DNA of 64,000 nt from Acidobacteriota bacterium (lineage in GTDB: Bacteria; Acidobacteriota; Blastocatellia; Pyrinomonadales; Pyrinomonadaceae), in the NCBI GenBank assembly GCA_003223935.1, contig QHXQ01000039.1, positions 2,535 through 66,534 of the forward strand, written 5' to 3'. Position numbers and translations under genes: made by a program. The first letter of the stretch is position 1; the number at the start of each line of letters is the position of its first letter. Shown here piece by piece: positions 18,108 through 27,194 of the stretch. The notes beneath the pieces were generated by a model. It saw only the letters and a program-made list of their open reading frames with translations. It was not told the origin of the DNA and did not search any database.

Positions 18108-21100
18108 ATGCGCCATCTCTCGCTCTCGCTCGTCTGTTTTGCGCTGCTCATAAGCGCTGCTGCAAGTGCGCCCGCACAGACACCGACCGCAGCCCAACCA
18201 ACCTTGGCGGTGCAGACGGGGCACGTGAAGAACATCGTGGCGGTCGCCGTTAGCCCGGACGGAAAAGTGATCGCCAGTGGCAGCGAAGATCAGACAGTCA
18301 AACTGTGGGAGACGGGGACGGGGCGCGAATTGCGCACCTTCAAAGGCTACGCTGCCGACCTAGACGCAGGCCCGCGCAACCGGCTCATGTTCACGCCGGA
18401 CGGGCAAGTCTTAATCGGCGGCGACCCGAAAGGCATCACGTTCTGGAGCGTGCCGACGGGTGAAGTGTTGCAACGGATCGAGAAGAACTACCGGCCCGCG
18501 CTCAGTGCCGACGGCCGTTTGCTGGCGTGTGAAGAGAGCGGCGTGAAGATTCATCTGCGGCGCGTGCCGACGGGCGAGCTAGTGCGTGATCTAAACGTCG
18601 GTTGGGAAGAACTCATCTATGCGTCCGATCTCGCCTTCACGCCCGACGGCGCGCAGTTGGCGTTGGCGAACGACAAGGGTGTGCGACTCTACAACCTTGA
18701 GTCCGGCGCGCTCGCGCGCACCATTGCGCCCGGCACGCGGTTATTCCAGATTGCTTTTAGTCCGAACGGGCAGTTGCTCGTCGGAGCGACATTCAACACG
18801 CTTACCGTCTGGGACTTTACGACGGGGCGCGAGCTACGCCGCATGTCGCTGCCTACAGTCGTCGCCGCCGACACCAAACAGACGTTCGACAACAGGCTCT
18901 ATCGCATCGCCTTCGGTGCCGACAATCAACACGTCGCGGTCGCCACGTTGTTTGGCATGCAACTGTGGGACGCGACGACGGGTCAACTCGTGCGCACGTG
19001 GGGCGACGAGCGCATGACTGTTGATCGCTTCGACGGCGTCGCCTTCAGTGCCGATGGCAAGTTGCTCGTGGGCGGCGCGCTCGCCGGCAGCGTCTATCTG
19101 TGGGACGTGGCGAGCGGGCGCGAGTTGAATCGTTCGGCCACGCGCGCAGCCAAGCTAACCTACGTGGCCTTCAGCGCTGATGGCCGGTTGATGGCGACCG
19201 AAGGCGGCACGACCAACATCTGGGACTTGACGGCCGGCGCGGTCACGCAAAGTTACAAGGGCGGCTACAACACGCTCTTCTTCACGCCCGATAATCAATC
19301 GCTCGTGCGCGGCTTTCTAGGCGTTGATCGGCTCAGTCTCGCTACAGGCCGGAGCGATCGTCTGAGCGGCAGAGGTTCGGCCGGTCTCTGGCAGACCGAC
19401 GAGGCCTTTGCGCTCAGTCCCGACGGCGAGTTGGTTGCGGGACAAGGCGAGACGGGCTTCGATGGCGCGAAGTTCGACGGCTCAGGTACGGGAAAGATCG
19501 ATCTGTTGAGCGTGCGGACGAACAGTCGTGTTAAACGTCTGGACGGACACCTCGGCGTGCGCTGTCTGGCGTTCAGTCCCGACAACAAGTTGTTGGCGAG
19601 CGGCGGCCTCGACGGCGTCATCAAGTTGTGGGATGTGACGGCGGGGCGCGTCGTGCGCACGCTCGCCGGACATAAGAATTGGGTGGACACGCTCGCGTTC
19701 AGTCCCAAAGGTGAGTGGCTCGCAAGCGCCGGCCTCGATGGCGACGTGAAAATCTGGGACGTGCAGAGCGGCGCGGAGGTGCGCACACTTGAGACCGGCG
19801 CAGTGATCGAATCGGTCGCCTTCAGTCCAGACGGGCGCACGCTGGCCGCGGGCGTCTGGGATAACACGATCAGACTTTGGGACGCTGCGACCGGCGCGGA
19901 GTTGTTCACTTTGAGCGGGCACACGGACAAAGTTCGGCGCGTCGTCTTCACGCCCGACGGGCGAATTTTGGCCAGCATCGGTTATGACGACACGATCAAA
20001 TTGTGGCGCATGTCCGACAATCAACTCTTGGCGACCATCATCGTGACGGGCAACAACGATTGGCTCGTCGTCACGCCTGACGGTCTGTTCGATGGCACGC
20101 CCGCCGCTTGGGGTCAGATTCAATGGCGCTTCTCGCCGGCGCTGTTCGACGTTGCGCCGGTCGAATGGTTCTTCAACGACTTCTATTATCCGGGGCTGCT
20201 CGCAGACATCTGCGCCGGCAAGAATCCGCGCGCTAAGCAGAACATCGCGCAGAAAGATCGCCACCAACCGCAGTTGACGCTCGCGCTCGCGGCCGGTCAA
20301 ACGGCGTCTGAGGCGAGCACGTCGCGCACGGTGAAACTCACAGTCGGCGTCGGGCAAGCTGAAGCGGGCGCGCAGGACGTGCGCCTGTTTCGCAACGGGT
20401 CGCTCGTGAAAGTGTGGCGCGGCGATGTGCTGCAAGGACGGGCGAGCGCGCTGCTTGAGACGGACGTGGCACTCGTGGCCGGTGCGAACCGCTTCAACGC
20501 TTACGCCTTCAACCGCGACGACATCAAGAGCGCAGACGCCACGCTCGTCATCAAAGGCGCGGACAGTCTCAAACGTCAAGCGACGGCTTATGTGTTCGCA
20601 GTTGGAGTCAACATTTACGCCAACCCGGAGTACAAACTGTCATACGCCGTCGCCGATGCGCAAGAGTTCGCGGCCGAGACCAAACGCCAGCAAGAAGCTT
20701 TGGGCAATTACGCGCGCGTCGAAGTTACGACACTCTTCGATGCGGACGCGACCAAAGCGAACATCATGCAACAACTCGCGCAACTCGCGGCGCGCGTCCA
20801 GCCCGAAGATACTGTGCTCATCTACTTCGCCGGACACGGCACGGCGCACGGGCGGCAGTTCTATCTCATCCCGCACGACCTCGGCTACGCGGGCGCGCCC
20901 GCACGGCTTGATGCGGCGGGCCTGCAAGAATTGTTGGCGCACAGCATTTCGGATCGCGAGTTGGAGGCGGCGTTTGCCAAACTCGACGCCGGTCAACTCC
21001 TGCTCGTCATTGATGCCTGCAACTCCGGGCAAGCTTTGGAAGCCGAAGAGCGACGGCGTGGGCCGATGAACAGTCAGGGCCTCGCGCAACTAGCTTACGA

Positions 21101-21476
21101 GAAGGGCATGTACATACTGACCGCCGCGCAGAGTTTCCAATTAGCGAACGAAGCAAAAGACCTCGGTCATGGTTACTTGACCTTCGCGTTGATTGACGAG
21201 GGTTTGCAGAAAGCTGCGGCCGATGCTGCGCCGAAAGATGGCGCGGTGACAGCGCGCGAATGGTTCAACTATGCGGTCGGGCGCGTGCCGCACATCTTCG
21301 CAGAGGAGCGCGCGAAAAAATCTGAGGACGTGTTGGCGAAGCTGCGAGGCATGAAGCTCATCATGGGCTTGGCTGATGTCAACGACGTGCAGCAACCGAG
21401 AGTCTTCTATCGCCGCGAACTGGAAACACAGACGCTCGTCATCGCCCGCCCGGCCGCGTCTGCGGCGCATCCTTAA
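18108..21476 (+). CDS. Secreted WD40-repeat protein with C-terminal caspase-like (peptidase C14) domain
   Basis: 1122 aa. Signal peptide: MRHLSLSLVCFALLISAAASAPAQ. More than 12 WD40 repeats (e.g. SGSEDQTVKLWE, SGGLDGVIKLWD, SAGLDGDVKIWD, WDNTIRLWD, GYDDTIKLWR). The caspase fold has an intact His/Cys dyad (VLIYFAGHGTAHG at ~20826 and LLLVIDACNSGQA at ~21011). Confidence 0.85.
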   Translation: MRHLSLSLVCFALLISAAASAPAQTPTAAQPTLAVQTGHVKNIVAVAVSPDGKVIASGSEDQTVKLWETGTGRELRTFKGYAADLDAGPRNRLMFTPDGQVLIGGDPKGITFWSVPTGEVLQRIEKNYRPALSADGRLLACEESGVKIHLRRVPTGELVRDLNVGWEELIYASDLAFTPDGAQLALANDKGVRLYNLESGALARTIAPGTRLFQIAFSPNGQLLVGATFNTLTVWDFTTGRELRRMSLPTVVAADTKQTFDNRLYRIAFGADNQHVAVATLFGMQLWDATTGQLVRTWGDERMTVDRFDGVAFSADGKLLVGGALAGSVYLWDVASGRELNRSATRAAKLTYVAFSADGRLMATEGGTTNIWDLTAGAVTQSYKGGYNTLFFTPDNQSLVRGFLGVDRLSLATGRSDRLSGRGSAGLWQTDEAFALSPDGELVAGQGETGFDGAKFDGSGTGKIDLLSVRTNSRVKRLDGHLGVRCLAFSPDNKLLASGGLDGVIKLWDVTAGRVVRTLAGHKNWVDTLAFSPKGEWLASAGLDGDVKIWDVQSGAEVRTLETGAVIESVAFSPDGRTLAAGVWDNTIRLWDAATGAELFTLSGHTDKVRRVVFTPDGRILASIGYDDTIKLWRMSDNQLLATIIVTGNNDWLVVTPDGLFDGTPAAWGQIQWRFSPALFDVAPVEWFFNDFYYPGLLADICAGKNPRAKQNIAQKDRHQPQLTLALAAGQTASEASTSRTVKLTVGVGQAEAGAQDVRLFRNGSLVKVWRGDVLQGRASALLETDVALVAGANRFNAYAFNRDDIKSADATLVIKGADSLKRQATAYVFAVGVNIYANPEYKLSYAVADAQEFAAETKRQQEALGNYARVEVTTLFDADATKANIMQQLAQLAARVQPEDTVLIYFAGHGTAHGRQFYLIPHDLGYAGAPARLDAAGLQELLAHSISDRELEAAFAKLDAGQLLLVIDACNSGQALEAEERRRGPMNSQGLAQLAYEKGMYILTAAQSFQLANEAKDLGHGYLTFALIDEGLQKAAADAAPKDGAVTAREWFNYAVGRVPHIFAEERAKKSEDVLAKLRGMKLIMGLADVNDVQQPRVFYRRELETQTLVIARPAASAAHP

Positions 21477-21494
21477 CCGCGCGCTAACACCCGC

Positions 21495-21671
21495 TCAACG
21501 AGTTGCCGCATCGCGCTCCGCGTTGCTCTCATCCGCTTCGTCTTCATCTTGTGCCGGATCGTAAACTTCGTAGCCGGTCGCGTCGTCGTAATAATAATCG
21601 CCCGGCGCGCGTTCGCGTCTGGCGGGCGCGCGCTCCTGCGCGTCTGTTGTATCATCACGGCGTTCGCTCAT
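21495..21671 (-). CDS. Possible 58-aa acidic small protein
   Basis: Below the track size cut-off. Hand translation: MSERRDDTTDAQERAPARRERAPGDYYYDDATGYEVYDPAQDEDEADESNAERDAATR. The third-codon-position GC bias looks coding-like, the RBS is weak and I recognise no homology. Confidence 0.3.
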   Translation of the reverse strand: MSERRDDTTDAQERAPARRERAPGDYYYDDATGYEVYDPAQDEDEADESNAERDAATR

Positions 21672-21858
21672 GGCACACTCTCTTGCGCAGTTCGGCGCGT
21701 GAAACCCTGCGGCGCGGCGGCGCGTATGCCGCTTGCGTTGTGCTTAACGTGCGCGTTCGATTATAACGCTTGTGCTGCAACACGCGAGATCAGCGTTGCT
21801 GATCTTCGCGTGTGATTTGCCGTTGCAACACCAACTCCGCTCCAGACAAAAGACGAAT

Positions 21859-24477
21859 ATGAACATCAATCATCTCCGCCGTGCGGCGTGTGCGCTCTGC
21901 CTTCTGTCGCTCCTGACTACTCAACTCGCGGTCGCGCAACAGCCGGCCACGCAGACCGCGCCGCCGAAACAGTTCGAGTTGACGGTTGACAGCATCATGC
22001 GCGGCCCGCGTCTTGTCGGCTATCAACCGACGGGCGTCTATTGGTCGCAGGACAGCCAGCGCGTCTATTTCCGTTGGAAGCAGGCGGACGAGCCGCGTCT
22101 GAAGGAGATGGATTTGTACGTCGTGAATCGCGACGGCACAGGCTTGCGCAAACTGTCGGAGGATGAGGCGCGGCAAGCGCCGCCCGCGAACGGCGAGTTG
22201 TCGAAAGACAAAACAATGACCGTCTTCACAGACGACGGCGACATCTTCATCTACGACCACGCGAAGGGCGAGCGCAGACAGATAACACGCACAACAGACG
22301 TAGAGACCAATGCACACTTCACCGCCGATCAGAAACACATCTACTTCACGCGTCTGAATAATCTTTATGTCATGGCGCTCGACGGCGGCTCGCTCGTGCA
22401 GTTGACCGACATACGCGCGGGCGGCGCGCAAACTGCGGGCGGCGGCGCACAGAGACAGGGTGGCAGTGAAGGACAGCAGCGCGGGACGGAGAGTCAAGAG
22501 TACGTTAAGAAAGAGGAGCGCGAGTTGATTGACGCCGTGCGCGAACGCGCGGAACAGCGCGAAGAGCAGGAGGCAAAGCGCAAGGCGCGCGAGCGGCGTA
22601 AGCCTTACAACTTGCCTGCGGGTCAAGCGGTCACGGGTCTCGCGCTCGCGCCCGACGGTGGTTATGTGCTCGCCACCATCGGCGAGCAGCCCACCGCCGC
22701 GCGCAATACCTTCGTGCCGAACTTCGTCACCGAGTCGGCCTACACCGAAGATATTCCGGGGCGCACGAAGGTTGGCGACGCGCAACGGCGCACGCGCCTT
22801 GTCGTCATCAACACGGAGACGGGCGACGCGAAGAACATAGAGCACGGGCAGCACATAGAGGTCGCGCCGCAAGTGCAGACACGCACCGAAGCGAACGCGA
22901 CCGAGCAAGCGCAACGCGAGCGCGGCGTCGTGCCGCAGACAGGGCAGCAGCAACAGACCACGCAACAGGGGCAGCAGACGCAACAAAGTGGTCAGCAAGG
23001 ACAACAACCGCCGCGCACGCAGACCGAGCAGGCGCAGACGCGCGACCGTGATGTTGAGTTAGAAGGTTTGCAATGGTCTGAGGACGGCAAGCACGCCGCG
23101 CTGCTCGGCTTCTCAACCGACAACAAAGATCGCTGGGTGCTCTTGCTCGATCCCGCGACGGGCAAGACGAAAGTGCTCGCGCATCAGCACGACGACGCAT
23201 GGATTGATGGCCCCGGCGCGTTCACGCTCGGTTGGCTGCCGGACAACGAGCACATCTATTTCGAGTCGGAGCAGACGGGCTACGCGCATCTCTACACCGT
23301 TTCAATCAACGGCGGCGAGCCGGTGCAATTGACATCGGGGCAGTTTGAGGTCAGCAGCGTGCGGCTCTCGCAGGACAAGACAAAGTTCTATTTCATCTCC
23401 AGCGAAGGTAGCCCGTTCGAGCGTCATCTCTATTCGATGCCGATCACGGGCGGCCCGCGCACGCGCATCACGCCGATGGCGGGCAATAACTTGGCGGACA
23501 TCTCGCCCGACGAGACGCTGCTCGCGGACGTGCGCTCGTACAGCAACAAGCCTTGGGAGTTGTATCTCGTGCCGAACAAGACGGCGGACACGACGCCGCC
23601 CTCTGAGATCAAGCAGGTGACCACCTCGCCCATTCCAGAGTTCTTCACTTACAACTGGATCGATCCGCCCATCGTGAATTTCAAAGCGCGCGACGGCGCA
23701 ACGGTCTATGCGCGGCTCTATAAACCTGACAACTGGCGGCGCGGCGGCCCGGCTGTCGTCTTCGTGCACGGCGCAGGCTACTTGCAGAACGTGCATAAGT
23801 GGTGGAGTCAATACTCCCGCGAGTACATGTTTCATCACCTGCTGATGGCGCGCGGCCTTTTGGTGATTGATGTGGACTATCGCGGCTCGGCCGGCTACGG
23901 GCGCGACTGGCGCACAGGCATCTATCGCCACATGGGCGGCAAGGATTTGACCGATCAAGTTGATGCTGTCCAGTATCTCGTCCGCGAACACGGCGTTGAC
24001 CCGCATCGCGTCGGCATCTACGGTGGCTCATACGGCGGCTTCATCACGCTGATGGCGATGTTCACCGAAGCCAATGTCTTTGCGGCCGGCGCGGCCCTGC
24101 GGCCCGTCACCGACTGGGCGCACTACAATCACCCTTACACCTCGAACATCCTCAATCTGCCGCAGACCGACCCGGAGGCTTACAAACAAAGCTCGCCGAT
24201 CTATTTCGCTGCGGGCTTGAAAGGCGCGCTCCTCATCTGTCACGGCATGGTGGACACGAACGTGAACTTCCAAGACACTGTGCGGCTGGTTGAAAAATTG
24301 ATCGAGCTGCGCAAAGAGAACTGGTCGGTCGCACCCTACCCGGTCGAAGACCACACCTTCGACCGCGACGCGAGTTGGGCCGACGAGTACAAGCGGATTC
24401 TCAAACTGTTTTCGGAACAACTACACCCTGACGCTGGCGTGCCAGCCGTCGGGCAGCGCAAGGCGCGCAAGCGTTAG
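21859..24477 (+). CDS. S9 family serine peptidase (DPP-IV / prolyl oligopeptidase type) with low-complexity insertions
   Basis: I place the start at ATG 21859 (MNINHLRRAACALCLLSLLTTQLAVAQQ, a signal peptide). N-terminal beta-propeller, then a C-terminal alpha/beta hydrolase with nucleophile elbow VGIYGGSYGGFITL. DxxV and His regions: ICHGMVDTNV and VEDHTF. Confidence 0.85.
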   Translation: MNINHLRRAACALCLLSLLTTQLAVAQQPATQTAPPKQFELTVDSIMRGPRLVGYQPTGVYWSQDSQRVYFRWKQADEPRLKEMDLYVVNRDGTGLRKLSEDEARQAPPANGELSKDKTMTVFTDDGDIFIYDHAKGERRQITRTTDVETNAHFTADQKHIYFTRLNNLYVMALDGGSLVQLTDIRAGGAQTAGGGAQRQGGSEGQQRGTESQEYVKKEERELIDAVRERAEQREEQEAKRKARERRKPYNLPAGQAVTGLALAPDGGYVLATIGEQPTAARNTFVPNFVTESAYTEDIPGRTKVGDAQRRTRLVVINTETGDAKNIEHGQHIEVAPQVQTRTEANATEQAQRERGVVPQTGQQQQTTQQGQQTQQSGQQGQQPPRTQTEQAQTRDRDVELEGLQWSEDGKHAALLGFSTDNKDRWVLLLDPATGKTKVLAHQHDDAWIDGPGAFTLGWLPDNEHIYFESEQTGYAHLYTVSINGGEPVQLTSGQFEVSSVRLSQDKTKFYFISSEGSPFERHLYSMPITGGPRTRITPMAGNNLADISPDETLLADVRSYSNKPWELYLVPNKTADTTPPSEIKQVTTSPIPEFFTYNWIDPPIVNFKARDGATVYARLYKPDNWRRGGPAVVFVHGAGYLQNVHKWWSQYSREYMFHHLLMARGLLVIDVDYRGSAGYGRDWRTGIYRHMGGKDLTDQVDAVQYLVREHGVDPHRVGIYGGSYGGFITLMAMFTEANVFAAGAALRPVTDWAHYNHPYTSNILNLPQTDPEAYKQSSPIYFAAGLKGALLICHGMVDTNVNFQDTVRLVEKLIELRKENWSVAPYPVEDHTFDRDASWADEYKRILKLFSEQLHPDAGVPAVGQRKARKR

Positions 24478-24711
24478 CTGAAATGAAGAGGCCAACGCCG
24501 CTCGCGTCTCGCAGCTTCCAAGCACGCGCGCGCCGATTAGTTTCTTGACAGCGAAGGGGCGGCAGGCATAGATTCTGCATGATCTTGCAATTGTCCACAC
24601 CTCGCCAGATTTGAACCTGCTGCCCGGAGTCTTCCATTGTCAGTTGACGGCCGCGTTAAGCATACCAAGCTTTCCGGTAGCTGCAATCACGGCCACGCTC
24701 GGAGGCAAGCG

Positions 24712-25479
24712 ATGAACGTAGATAAATTGAAGCGGACGGTCAAGCCACTCGTCTTGACGTGTTCATTATTGGCCGGCGTCGTGATCGTTTCGGTCGCAAC
24801 TGGCCATGCGCAGGGCCGGCACGGTGGCGGCAGCGAGAGCCATAGCGGCGGCGGTGGTGGCCGGAGTAGCGGCGGTAGCAGTCATAGCAGCAGCAGTCAT
24901 AGCAGTAGCGGCCGTAGTAGCAGTGATCACAGTAGCAGTCGCAGTAGTAGTGATCACAGCCGCAGTGGTCGGAGTCGTGGGAGCGACGACAGTGGGCACG
25001 CGCATCGGGAGCGCGGCGGCGATGACAGCGCACGGAGCAGTGGTAGTAGCTCACCGACTTGGAGACATCATCACGGCCGAGATCACGACCACGACCATGA
25101 TCGGGATCATGACCGAGATCGCGATCATCACCGCGAGCACAAGCATCGGCGGGATCGGGATCGAGATGATCGCTATCGCGCCTATCACAACACGCGCGTT
25201 TACCAGTCCTCGAATTATGGCGGCTATGGTTATAGCTCGAACGCTTACGAGCGCGGCTACCAAGATGGCTTGCACACGGGCGCGAAGGATGCGCAGCGCG
25301 GGCAAAGCTATGACCCGGAGCGTTCCCATTTTTACCAGCATGGCACGTCCGGTTTCTTCTCTATTTTCGGCAGCCGGGGCACGTACCAACAGGCTTATCG
25401 AGATGGCTTCCTGCGCGGCTATGAAGAAGGCTATCAGCACTATGAAAGCTACTTCACCGGCGGGCATTTTCACCGTTAG
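24712..25479 (+). CDS. Secreted low-complexity Ser/His/Asp/Arg-rich protein
   Basis: I place the start at ATG 24712, preceded by a GGAGG RBS at 24701. Signal/TM segment LVLTCSLLAGVVIVSVATGHA, then SHSSSSHSSSGRSSSDHSSSRSSSDHS and RHHHGRDHDHDHDRDHDRDRDHHREHKHRRDRDRDD. The Tyr/Gly-rich C-terminus has repeated (E/D)RGYQDG and RDGFLRGYEEGYQ motifs. Confidence 0.65.
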   Translation: MNVDKLKRTVKPLVLTCSLLAGVVIVSVATGHAQGRHGGGSESHSGGGGGRSSGGSSHSSSSHSSSGRSSSDHSSSRSSSDHSRSGRSRGSDDSGHAHRERGGDDSARSSGSSSPTWRHHHGRDHDHDHDRDHDRDRDHHREHKHRRDRDRDDRYRAYHNTRVYQSSNYGGYGYSSNAYERGYQDGLHTGAKDAQRGQSYDPERSHFYQHGTSGFFSIFGSRGTYQQAYRDGFLRGYEEGYQHYESYFTGGHFHR

Positions 25480-25772
25480 CGATTCCAGCAAGCGGCGACC
25501 GGCACAGGGTCAGACGCAAGCGAGTTAGATCATTCGGTACATACGCACGGCGCTCGCGGAAGCTATCGCTTCGGGCCGGTCGGCGCTTGTCGAAATGGTG
25601 GTTGATCCGAACGAGCCGCCGCTGCCGTCGAAGGTCACGTTGGAACAGGCGACGCATTTTGCGCAGGCGCTCGTGCGCGGGCAACCTGAGGGCGGCAAGA
25701 TCGCTTTGACTCTATTCCGCGATAAGTTGAATGAGTTGCTTTGAAGAACAGTCGAACGGTTGCGCGCTCGCG

Positions 25773-27191
25773 TTAGCTTAAAGGTAGCGTCACGATGAAA
25801 GAACTGCCGCGACCGGGCGCGCTATTGACTGCGAGTGTGCCGCCGTGCGCGGCGACGATGTGGCGCGCGATGGCGAGACCTAGACCAGCGCCGCCGGCTG
25901 CGCGCGTGCGCGCCCTATCCACACGATAGAAGCGATCAAAGACGTGCGCTTGATCTTCAGGCGGGATGCCGATGCCTGTGTCTGTGACGACGACCTGCGC
26001 CGCGTGATCGTGCGTCGTCAATGAGACGTTGACCCGGCCGCCTGCGGGCGTGTACTTGACCGCGTTGTCGAGCAGGTTGAGCAGCATGCGTTTGAGCGCC
26101 TCTTCGTCGCCCGTCAACGTAAGCTCCGGCAGCGGCCCGACTTTGAGCGTGATGCTTTTTCGCGTCGCCAGCACGACGGCCGAGCGCGTACATTCCGCGA
26201 TCAGATCGTTCAAATAAAATCGTTCGCTCGTCGCTGCACGCGCGCCGCCGGCCCCGCGCAATAGCATGAACAAATCTTCGACGATGCGCGTCAGCCGCTC
26301 AGCCTCATCTTTGATGAGCGCGAGCGCGTCCTTGTAATCAGCCGTCGAGCGCTCGTGTTCGAGCGCAACTTCCGTCTCGCTGCGGATGACGGCGACGGGC
26401 GTGCGCAGTTCGTGCGAAGCGTCTGCGACGAAACGCTGCTGCTCGTTGAAGGCCGTGTCGAGGCGCGCGAGCAGTTCGTTGATCGTGCGGGCCAGCCGGC
26501 CGAGTTCGTCGCGCGGGTTTGCGACATCGAGCCGCGCCGATAGATTCTCGGCCGTGATGCGCTCGGTCTGCCGGTTCATCAGCGCAATCGGCGCGAGGCT
26601 CTTGCGGGCGAGGAAGTAGCCGCCGAGCGCGGCGAGGAGCAGACTCAAGGGCACACCCGCATAGAAGTTGTGGCGCAGGCGCGCAAGGTCTTCGTCCACT
26701 TCGCCGAGCGATTCGGCGACGAGCGCGAAACCTGTCGGCTGAACGCTTGCGCGCGTGAGCGGCACGGCGGCCACGCGCAAACCTGCGCGCGCTTCCGAAT
26801 CATCTTGTTTGAAGCCGGATTGCACGTCGTAGCTCGCGCCGCGCACGCGCGCTTCAGTTAATTTCTCCGGCGACAACATGAGCGCGTGGCCCGCGAGGTT
26901 GTCGGCTGCGGCGATAGGTCGGCCCTGCGCGTCCGTGATCTCGACGTAGCGATCTGGATAAACTATCTGCGCGAGCACTACGTCGTTAGCTTTAGCCTCC
27001 GATCCTTCTTCGTTCAACTCTTGCATGTAGGCGCTCGCGACCGTCTCCGCAGTCGAGCGTAGGGAATCGTCTTGGCGCGCGTGGAAGGCGCGCGTCGCGC
27101 CATAGTAGGTGAGCGCGCCGAAGCTCAAGAGCGCGAGCGCAAGGACGCCCGCGTACCAGAGTGTCAGACGTGCGCGCACAGAGTTGAGCAT
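25773..27191 (-). CDS. Sensor histidine kinase (periplasmic loop, HAMP, HisKA, HATPase_c)
   Basis: 472 aa. Two TM segments. H-box [15 protein letters not shown] boxes: [24 protein letters not shown] and [14 protein letters not shown]. Confidence 0.9.
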   Translation of the reverse strand: MLNSVRARLTLWYAGVLALALLSFGALTYYGATRAFHARQDDSLRSTAETVASAYMQELNEEGSEAKANDVVLAQIVYPDRYVEITDAQGRPIAAADNLAGHALMLSPEKLTEARVRGASYDVQSGFKQDDSEARAGLRVAAVPLTRASVQPTGFALVAESLGEVDEDLARLRHNFYAGVPLSLLLAALGGYFLARKSLAPIALMNRQTERITAENLSARLDVANPRDELGRLARTINELLARLDTAFNEQQRFVADASHELRTPVAVIRSETEVALEHERSTADYKDALALIKDEAERLTRIVEDLFMLLRGAGGARAATSERFYLNDLIAECTRSAVVLATRKSITLKVGPLPELTLTGDEEALKRMLLNLLDNAVKYTPAGGRVNVSLTTHDHAAQVVVTDTGIGIPPEDQAHVFDRFYRVDRARTRAAGGAGLGLAIARHIVAAHGGTLAVNSAPGRGSSFIVTLPLS

Positions 27192-27194
27192 CGC

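Noticed and set aside
25595-25744. 49-aa + ORF (MVVDPNEPPLPSKVTLEQATHFAQALVRGQ...LFRDKLNELL). The in-frame upstream stretch ...YIRTALAEAI resembles the end of a ribbon-helix-helix antitoxin.
   Set aside because: No convincing start or RBS, no partner toxin gene, and too short to assign. It could be a gene remnant, so I did not report it as a feature.
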